From positions 1-18,608 of the IMG/VR virus record IMGVR_UViG_3300014911_000516: 18,608 nucleotides of DNA, one strand, 5' to 3'. Positions 7,463 through 15,300 of this stretch are shown piece after piece (the stretch's first letter is position 1; every line of letters starts with the position of its first letter). A program made the position numbers and the translations under genes. Below the pieces are notes generated by a model that saw only the letters and a list, made by a program, of their open reading frames with translations, made no database searches and was not told the origin of the DNA.

Positions 7463-8352
7463 ACGTGGGAGAGATATTAACATCCTATGATGGTTTTAAG
7501 TTTTATGTAGAAAAGGAATATCATAAAGATCCGTTACGTTATGATGAACGCACAGTTCTTACAGTACTTGTAATGTTAGGAAAAAGAGATCGTATATTCG
7601 TAGATGTAGGGGCAGGAGTAGGAAGATACACAGTAAGAATGTCAAAGTGGTATGAGCTCGTATATGCAATTGAGCCCTTACCAGAACATGTAAGAATCCT
7701 TAAGAAAAATCTAGAGCTAAATAATGTAGATAATGTCATAGTAATACCCTATGCAGCCTACGATAAAAGCACTACACTACCGATATACTTAGGAGGCTTG
7801 TCATCATCTACCGTTAGGAGACATGATATGAAAGACTATATTATAGTAAAAGCAGAAAGATTAGATAAGCTAGTACATAAAGCAGATGTTATAAAAATCG
7901 ATGTAGAGGGAGCTGAATTCGAGGTAGTTAAAGGAGCTGAAAAACTACTAAAGTCAGATAAACCATTCTTAGTAATAGAACATCACGATTTTAGACCCGA
8001 CTGGAAAGAGAAACTTAAGGGAACATTCCAGAAAGTCTTTAACTACCTATCTTCACTAGGTTATGTCCCACTATTTACTACATACGTACATCGATGCTGG
8101 ATACATAAAGATAGGCTAAATGATTTATCAGATGAAGCTTTACATTATCTTCTCTGGAGACATTGGGCTAACGTATGTTACTTTAACTTAAAGCTTGGAC
8201 GTGATTGGTACTATGGTTTACCTCTCACTTGGTGGTGGGGCTATGACTTTATAGAGTTTCTCGAAGAGTTACCTATACATATACTTGAGGAAAAAGAATG
8301 GAGCGATCCACAACATATATTAAGGATCTCAAAGGAAGTAATGGTGATATAA
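7453..8352 (+). CDS. FkbM-family SAM-dependent methyltransferase with a Trp-rich C-terminal extension
   Basis: FVDVGAGVG, YAIEP, RLD, IKIDVEGAEFEVVKGA, PFLVIEHH. Confidence 0.9.
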   Translation: MVVNVGEILTSYDGFKFYVEKEYHKDPLRYDERTVLTVLVMLGKRDRIFVDVGAGVGRYTVRMSKWYELVYAIEPLPEHVRILKKNLELNNVDNVIVIPYAAYDKSTTLPIYLGGLSSSTVRRHDMKDYIIVKAERLDKLVHKADVIKIDVEGAEFEVVKGAEKLLKSDKPFLVIEHHDFRPDWKEKLKGTFQKVFNYLSSLGYVPLFTTYVHRCWIHKDRLNDLSDEALHYLLWRHWANVCYFNLKLGRDWYYGLPLTWWWGYDFIEFLEELPIHILEEKEWSDPQHILRISKEVMVI

Positions 8353-8649
8353 ATGAGTACGGAGAATGAAGTAGAGGAGAAGGTAGATGAAATAGTTGAA
8401 ATATGCTCTAAACTTTTCATGAAGGTGAAAAAGGAGATAGATAAAATATCAGAATGCATCGATGAGATAGAAGATAACGAGATAAAAGTATCGTTTCTAG
8501 GACACATCGTTTACATATTAATGTCACGATCGAAACTCTCACTTCATAACTTACTTGGATTACTAGAAACATTAAAAATTGTAATAGTGTCAAAAGTTGA
8601 GGAAAGCATAAGTACATCCAAAAAATACAGTACTAGCTACTTCGCTTAA
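8353..8649 (+). CDS. Hypothetical helical protein, acidic N-terminus
   Basis: Abuts the FkbM stop; GGTGA SD. Confidence 0.7.
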   Translation: MSTENEVEEKVDEIVEICSKLFMKVKKEIDKISECIDEIEDNEIKVSFLGHIVYILMSRSKLSLHNLLGLLETLKIVIVSKVEESISTSKKYSTSYFA

Positions 8650-8674
8650 AAGAAAATAAAATTTCTAACGTTTT

Positions 8675-9028
8675 TTAGAAGAATTCCGTACTTTCTTCTC
8701 CCCTTCTCCTCCTCCTTCTCCTTAGCCTAGAGTATTCTTCACGAATAGCTGATAACTGGAACATCTCTACTTCAGTTTTAATTGCACTTTCTAGATCCTT
8801 CATTAACTGTGTCACATTAGTGGATAACCCAGCAAGCTGTCTATGTATTGCTATTGAATTTGCAATCTTCTTTAATAATTCACTAAATTCTTCGAAGGAA
8901 ATCTCACCACGTGCAATACTTCGAGCTGCATCACGTAGTATTCCGAACAGCTCAGCTTTTTGTGATGCAAAGTAAGATCCTGAAAGGTATTTATTCAATA
9001 CGTTTAAAATTGGTGAAGGAGTACTCAT
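8675..9028 (-). CDS. Helical protein with a C-terminal poly-Arg tract
   Basis: SRLRRRRRRRGEE; GGAGGTGG/AGGAG upstream; ATGA overlap with 9025..9171. Confidence 0.8.
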   Translation of the reverse strand: MSTPSPILNVLNKYLSGSYFASQKAELFGILRDAARSIARGEISFEEFSELLKKIANSIAIHRQLAGLSTNVTQLMKDLESAIKTEVEMFQLSAIREEYSRLRRRRRRRGEESTEFF

Positions 9029-9171
9029 CTCCTACCCACCTCCACTTTTTCCATCCACTCTGCTATTATCCTCAGCATTACATCTTGAACTTCCATGTTC
9101 ATCTCCTTCGCTACCTGCATCAGCCTCTGATATACTTTGTCTGGAAGTATTATTTCTATCTTTACTGCCAT
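9025..9171 (-). CDS. 48-aa RHH-like protein (MAVKIEIILPDKVYQRLMQVAKEMNMEVQDVMLRIIAEWMEKVEVGRR)
   Basis: Not in the ORF track. GAGGAG SD upstream, CopG-type pattern IEIILPDxxYxRLxxxAxxxxMxVxDVxxxII, and its TGA overlaps the ATG of 8675..9028. Confidence 0.8.
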   Translation of the reverse strand: MAVKIEIILPDKVYQRLMQVAKEMNMEVQDVMLRIIAEWMEKVEVGRR

Positions 9172-9529
9172 CCAAGATCTCCTCAATTAATATAACATCA
9201 TTTGATTTTAATATCTTTCTATCGATTTGCCTGAAGTGATGATATGCACCATCGTGATCGTATGCTGATCTGTATAACTGTTTTCTAAATCTTTCTGCTA
9301 GGTGCTTATCGATCGCAGTAACTGAAAATTCAATAGTTATTCTATATCCTGTAGGTAGTGGATTTATAGATGATGATACTGTAGTGTGAATTCCAGATCT
9401 GATTAATTGTCTAGCAACATAGTAAGCATAGGATACGATAGAAGTCATTCGCTTCTGGATGAGTGCTTGTAACAACTTTATCATTCTCAGATCTGGAAAC
9501 TCTACATCTTGATGAATGTGGATAGGCAT
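9032..9529 (-). CDS. Hypothetical alpha/beta protein; last ~46 codons overlap the 48-aa RHH gene
   Basis: GAGGGG SD; divergent from the MCP operon. Confidence 0.75.
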   Translation of the reverse strand: MPIHIHQDVEFPDLRMIKLLQALIQKRMTSIVSYAYYVARQLIRSGIHTTVSSSINPLPTGYRITIEFSVTAIDKHLAERFRKQLYRSAYDHDGAYHHFRQIDRKILKSNDVILIEEILDGSKDRNNTSRQSISEADAGSEGDEHGSSRCNAEDNSRVDGKSGGG

Positions 9530-9684
9530 CTTCTACCCCCTCATATTTAGTTAGAGTTTACATCACATTATAATAGACTGTTATAGGAGTATATATACAC
9601 TATTCAATATTTTTTTGTATTAATATTTTTACACCATTTCTTAAAACTTGATTTCTTTCTTTCGTTACTCGAGGCGATGGGGAT

Positions 9685-10056
9685 ATGCCTGGTGTTAAAG
9701 ACTTAAGAGAGCGAGTAGATAAGTACATAGCTAAGACACCAGCCGATCAAACTGGTACAAGATACGGGGCTGTTAAGGACTTGGCTGTAGGAAGGTTTAC
9801 AGCGTATGCTTCAAGCATAGTAGAATTCAGAGAACTAGTAAGGAATGTACTAAATAAAGAAGGCGTTCCAGCCGGACAACAGGGAGTTTACTTTGCATTT
9901 GCTATGAGGCTTCGTAGTAAGGCCTTCAGCCACTCTGGTACTACTCTCAAGGATTACGTGAATGGTATGATACAGGACTTCACCACAGGTAAGGGAGCTG
10001 ATCCCACCATACTGAAGAAAATAGCATCCATGATATTAGGAGAGGTGATAAGCTAA
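9685..10056 (+). CDS. Major capsid protein 1, SIRV2 fold
   Basis: VRNVLNKEGVPAGQQGVYFAFA..SGTTL..NG..ADPTILKKI aligns with recalled SIRV2 P134 (VSAVLTQYGITGPNRAIYQGFG..SGPAL..NG..ANPQVLDAV); basic N-terminal helix. Confidence 0.9.
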   Translation: MPGVKDLRERVDKYIAKTPADQTGTRYGAVKDLAVGRFTAYASSIVEFRELVRNVLNKEGVPAGQQGVYFAFAMRLRSKAFSHSGTTLKDYVNGMIQDFTTGKGADPTILKKIASMILGEVIS

Positions 10057-10072
10057 AGGAGGTGAGTGAGAG

Positions 10073-10447
10073 ATGCCCGGAGTTAAAAGATTTGGTGATA
10101 TGAGAGAGAAATACGAGCTAAAATACGATGGTGCAAACGTAACTGCTAGGTTAACGGCCGTAGAGGAGATAAAGAACAGAAGGTATGAAGCATTCTCTTC
10201 ACCAATCGTCAACATAATCGAAACTGTTAGGACGATACTCGAGAGTAATGGCGTCCCAGCTGGTCAGCATGGTATCTACTATGCCTTTGCTGAAGTGATT
10301 CAAAAATACACCTTCAGCCACTCTGGTGCTACCTTAGACTTACTAATATCTGGAAAGAAGAGTGAATGGGTAACTGCCCACAAGGCCGATCCAGCAATCC
10401 TCGACAAGATTGTATTAGCTATAATAGGAGCATTACCACCTTATTAG
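10073..10447 (+). CDS. Major capsid protein 2, SIRV2 fold
   Basis: Gapless paralog of MCP1 (49/123 identities, hand count); SGATLDLLISGKKSEWVTAHKADPAILDKIV matches the rudiviral MCP C-terminus; GGAGGTGA SD. Confidence 0.92.
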   Translation: MPGVKRFGDMREKYELKYDGANVTARLTAVEEIKNRRYEAFSSPIVNIIETVRTILESNGVPAGQHGIYYAFAEVIQKYTFSHSGATLDLLISGKKSEWVTAHKADPAILDKIVLAIIGALPPY

Positions 10448-10499
10448 AGTCCTTAGCTTCACAATATACAGTACTGTAAGCGTACTTAATCACATTCAC

Positions 10500-10531
10500 T
10501 TTTTTTACTTTTTTCTTTTCTTTCTTTTTTT
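10500..10531 (+). terminator. Long oligo(T) terminator of the MCP operon
   Basis: About 30 nt of almost pure T, ~50 nt after the MCP2 stop. Confidence 0.7.
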
Positions 10532-10581
10532 ACACGTAACATATTCTAGTAGGGAGAACTTCTTTTCACTAGGGAGAATAT

Positions 10582-11628
10582 ATGAGTACTGTAATTGTTA
10601 CATCTCATCGATCTACATCTTTGCAAAAAGTGAGTAATGACATTAAAACGGCATTAGAGAGTAATGGAAGAGAAGTAAAGAATATTCTAGGATTTCCAAG
10701 TGTAAGAAGTTCTGATTATGCAAATTGCAGAAACGTGCTCTTCGTAATGACGTTCGATACTATCTGGGCTAGGCCTTACTTCTGTGCTTACTACTTACTA
10801 AAATCAGATGGATGGAACACAATATTCTACACTACTATCGAGGGAAAACCACTAAGATTCCTAGGAGATGAATGGATATATCGTGAATGTGAGTTCATAG
10901 CTAATTCGAATTATACTAAAAAGAAAATCGCTAAAGAAGGTGGTAGGGTTTTAGACGTAATTCATCATGGAATAGATACCCGTAAATACAGGAATTTAAA
11001 GTTTATGGGTAGAATAATGCGAAGTGAACTAGGTGCTTCAGAAAAGGAATTCATCGTTCTTTATATTGCTGGGGGGTATCGAAGAAAAGGACATGATTTA
11101 TTCAGATCTGTCATCCAGTACGTAGGAAAGAAGGATAATACAATTAAATTTGTAGTAGTGACACAGCCTAATGCAATTCAATATTATGCAGATCTAGAGA
11201 ATTGCATTGTTTCAGATGAATTTGGAAATTTACCAGAAGAAAAGATAATAGGATTATTCCATGCATGTGATCTCTATGCTCAGCCCTCTCTAAGCGAGGG
11301 ATTTGGATTACCAGTCTTGGAAGCACTAGCTTGTGGAAAGGTAGTAGTACATCCAGATTATGAGCCTCTCTCAGAGATAACTACAAAGTCTACAAGCTAT
11401 CGATGTAAGGTAGCTACTGTTTCAGAATGGAGTGGTGAGCGAGAAGAACATACTGGAATCATATATGAATTACACCTTTACGATCCAAATGAGTTTGGTG
11501 ATCTCATCATACAAGCTAAAGATGAATTAATGAAAGAGAGAAAAGAAAAGGAGAGATTATGTCTAAATCGTGCTAAACAATTCGATATGCATAAAACATA
11601 TAAGAAGTTCTTAAAGTATATCCAGTAG
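10582..11628 (+). CDS. GT4 (GT-B fold) glycosyltransferase, like SIRV ORF335
   Basis: RKG, PSLSEGFGLPVLEA (EX7E), FYTTxxGxP, NS, HGI, EFG; directly follows the MCP as in rudiviruses. Confidence 0.93.
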   Translation: MSTVIVTSHRSTSLQKVSNDIKTALESNGREVKNILGFPSVRSSDYANCRNVLFVMTFDTIWARPYFCAYYLLKSDGWNTIFYTTIEGKPLRFLGDEWIYRECEFIANSNYTKKKIAKEGGRVLDVIHHGIDTRKYRNLKFMGRIMRSELGASEKEFIVLYIAGGYRRKGHDLFRSVIQYVGKKDNTIKFVVVTQPNAIQYYADLENCIVSDEFGNLPEEKIIGLFHACDLYAQPSLSEGFGLPVLEALACGKVVVHPDYEPLSEITTKSTSYRCKVATVSEWSGEREEHTGIIYELHLYDPNEFGDLIIQAKDELMKERKEKERLCLNRAKQFDMHKTYKKFLKYIQ

Positions 11629-11640
11629 GAGGTAGGTATT

Positions 11641-12045
11641 ATGGATGAGACTATACAAAAAGAAGAGAAAAAGGAAACTACTACTCCTTCCACCACCCCC
11701 CAAAATGTAACACAGCCTACGCCACCAGCCACACCTACATCAATCTATAGAAAACCCGAATATCAACTTCAGCCACCTACACAGCTTACACCACCTACTC
11801 CTCCACAGCCTGTTAGGAGAGAACTTACGGAAGAAGAGAAAGCATTCTTAGATGCATTAGGATCTGTAGTTTCTTCGGCACAGGAACTATCATACGTACT
11901 GGCCTCAATTGATCCCGATTTGCTTCAGAAATATTCTGATCTACGGGAATTGTTCGAGAGCGCTAGGAATGTTGTACGCTCTGTATATCGATTTCATAAA
12001 CTAATTAAGGAGAGATCCAGGGGGAGTACCAGGGGGAGTAGCTGA
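11641..12045 (+). CDS. Protein with P/T/Q-rich disordered N-terminus and helical hairpin C-terminus
   Basis: GGAGGT SD; low-complexity residues ~13-57. Confidence 0.8.
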   Translation: MDETIQKEEKKETTTPSTTPQNVTQPTPPATPTSIYRKPEYQLQPPTQLTPPTPPQPVRRELTEEEKAFLDALGSVVSSAQELSYVLASIDPDLLQKYSDLRELFESARNVVRSVYRFHKLIKERSRGSTRGSS

Positions 12046-12320
12046 TGGAAAATAGGGTAGTTATTTACATAACTCCATATACTTTTTATTATAAAGGATG
12101 TAAGGTAACCATTTGGGGAGCTAAACGTTTTGATCTCCCTACTGGTGAGAGAAGTTATCTTCTCTCACTTGAAGTAGAATGGAGAGGGTATAGATCTAGA
12201 CAATTTATACTAGAGGTTTCTGATAACCAAGACTTCAAGAACAAACTTGATCTGGAAATCGCTAGGATGAAGTTAGCAATTCTTACGGGAAATCTTTCTC
12301 CCTTTGTGAAAGTGCGTTAG
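12045..12320 (+). CDS. Hypothetical beta-sheet plus helix protein
   Basis: TGATG overlap with the upstream gene; GGGGAG SD. Confidence 0.75.
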   Translation: MENRVVIYITPYTFYYKGCKVTIWGAKRFDLPTGERSYLLSLEVEWRGYRSRQFILEVSDNQDFKNKLDLEIARMKLAILTGNLSPFVKVR

Positions 12321-12360
12321 GCGAATATAATATATATCGGTTTTATACTATATCAAATAG

Positions 12361-15300
12361 GTGAATATGGATTATCGGGAGAAATTAGAGTTTGAGAATG
12401 TAGATATAGCAGATGTAGAATACTTAATGAAAATGCTTTCAGTAGTTAGTGATAACTCTCTTGACTACCCTATTATGGATGAGATTGATATTACAAAACT
12501 GGATCTAGACGCTCTAGTAGTGTCGGAGTTTGGTATTACGGATATCATAGGACAAATATCCTCATGGTTATATGAAAAGCTTCAAGCATTCTCATCGTGG
12601 ATAACATCAGGAATTGAAACGATAGTTAACGCATTATGGGAGAACTTCATAAAACCAGCTATTAACGTTATAGATGCTGGTGTAGGATGGATTAAAGATC
12701 AGGTATATTCAATATGGGATAGACTACAGAATATTGGTGATATATTAAGTTCCATAGGAGGTACTATAGTTGATATCTTCAATACAGTAAAGGAAGGATT
12801 CATAAATCTAATAAAGGAAATACCATCTGCTGTAGGAAGATTCATAAATAGTGTGAAGGATCTTATAATATCAAAGATTGAAGCGATTCCAGATCTAATC
12901 ATTAATGGAGTGCGATCGTTTATTGATGCTATTTCTTCGGGGATTGACTTTTTGAAGGAAGGATTGCAGAATGTTACAAACTTCCTAGGAAACATAGGAA
13001 TGGCACTATCCAACATATTCTCATCGATAAAAGAAGGTTTTAGTGTACTTAAGGGATATATTGAAGGAGCATTAGCAACATTCAGTAGTAAGATTGCTGG
13101 TGCTATTGATACTGTAAGAACAGCATTTATGGAATCTATGCAAACTGTAGCTACATGGATACAACAGGCATCAGGAGCGATACAAGGCTTCGTAAATGGA
13201 ATATTAAAACTTCCAGAATGGTTTAGGGAGCATTTAGTAGCACCATTAACTGAGGCTATGTCGAAATTCGCCTCATGGATATGGGAGCATCTACCAGAGG
13301 GTATAAGGTCATTCTTTGAGAAGGTAAGAGATGCTATAATAGGATTTTATGAAGGATTTAAGTCATTTATTGCTGATCCTAAGGGATGGTTTATCAGAAA
13401 TGTATGGGAGCCTCTGAAAGAGCGATTAAGGGATATTGGAGAATGGATTTGGGAAAGACTTCCTGAAGGAGTAAAAACATTCTTCGAAAGAGCGAAGGAA
13501 TTCTTTACAGTTGATTTGGTAAACTTCTTTACCAAAACATTACCTGAAAAGATACGCGATCTAGTGGACACTATTAAAACAATTCCTGAAAAGATTAAAG
13601 AGATTCCAGATAAAATAAAGGAGATGGCCGATAATGTAGCAAATCTTCCTGAAATGATAAAGAGTGCTTTTGAAAAGATAGGTGAATGGATTTGGGAAAA
13701 ATTACCAGAAAATATACGTAATTTCATAGATAAAGCTAGAGACTTCATCACAGATGTCTATGATCAGTTTAAGGAGTTCATCAAAGATCCAAAGGGAAAG
13801 TTTTACGATGTACTGAAAGGCGTAGGTGAAAAGATATTAGCAGGTTTGGGTTGGATTTGGGATAAAGTCTTGGATATAGTAACATTCATTAAAGCTAAAG
13901 TAATCGAGGCCTGTAAGACAATATCAACATGGATCTATAGTATTGCAAAAACAATAAGTGAGACGTTTAAGAAGATGTTTATTGAAACATTTATAGTTCC
14001 AATCAAAAACGTAAAATCTACATTCGTAGAACTACTTAAAACAGCTTTTGACGAGGCATTCGCACAAGAGGAAGGCGGTGAATTATGGTTATTATCATCA
14101 TTAATCCCAGAGATCTATAACGTAATGTATCCTATAATAATTATTCCAGTACTCGCTAAAGGCGTGGCTGAAGCTACGGGAGAGCAAGAAGTTTCGGGTA
14201 AGATAGCCGGTCTTGGTGGGGCGATTAAAGTTAAGCTAGGTAAACTGATTGGCGAAGTAGCTGATACGTTAAAAGACTTGGTTTCAAGGACTATAGATGA
14301 GATTGCATTAGGACTTTCATTTAATCTATTCGAGCCTTTACGGTACGCTGTAAGGCCTTTATCGAAACGTCTACTTACACCTATATTTATGAAACAATAC
14401 GGTATAGATGCCTTCTTTGAGGTGCCTTCGTTTAGTGAACTTAGGAAGTTGCTACAAAGGTACTATCCAACTACTAAGGATGAAAAGGAAGATTTTGAAA
14501 AAATGCGGAAATACTTTAGGACAATGCTAGAAATAAGAGGATTACCACAGTCATATATAAATGAAGTAATGAAGACGCTCGAGGAATGGTCTATTGAAAT
14601 CGAAGATCGCTTTACCGAATATACCAAAGTAAAGCGTAAAATCCCGCTTTCGCCACTTTACGAAATGCCTTCGATATCTGAAGTATGTACATTTATGGTA
14701 CGTGATATAATTAAAAAGCCTGAAGATTTCATAAAATGGTTAAATAAGCTTGGCGTCAGTCGTGATATAGCACTATTCAATTATCTATTACACTATCGCT
14801 ATCCTTCTCCTGAGAAAATAGCCGATTTCGTATGGCGAGGTATAGCAGGAGTATTATGGAATCCTGATGCGTCCATGGATACCGAGGTAATGAGCGCTTT
14901 CGAACTTAAGCCTGAAAAGATGAAAGCAGTTGCTCCCAGACAACTCAATTTCGAAGGAAAGACATTATTCGAGATGCTTAAACATTATATGAAGTGGCAT
15001 GATTATGCAAGATTTCCTTGGGCGGCCGGTTGGCCTACCGATAACGCTATCATCACAGATCTCCTAGCTGACATACCCGGCAAAATCGATTTGAGATGGA
15101 TGACCCGATGGGGTATATTCGAATATTGGAGTGCTAAGAAAATTGGATTAGAAACTTCTTTAGAAGAGATTATGCAAAAGTTGCTTCCACCACAAGGTGA
15201 GACTAAAGCCGATGATGTAATACAGTATTTGTATAAACAGCTTACAGAGCCTACTCCACTCTTCGATATCCGGCAATTCTGTAGGACATTACAGGCTACA

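Noticed and set aside
7539-8617. Three minus-strand ORFs (7539, 8241, 8417)
   Set aside because: Shadows of FkbM and the 98-aa gene, with S/F/I/L-rich antisense composition.
8911-9195. 94-aa plus-strand ORF
   Set aside because: Antisense to a coupled minus-strand operon; no recognisable features.
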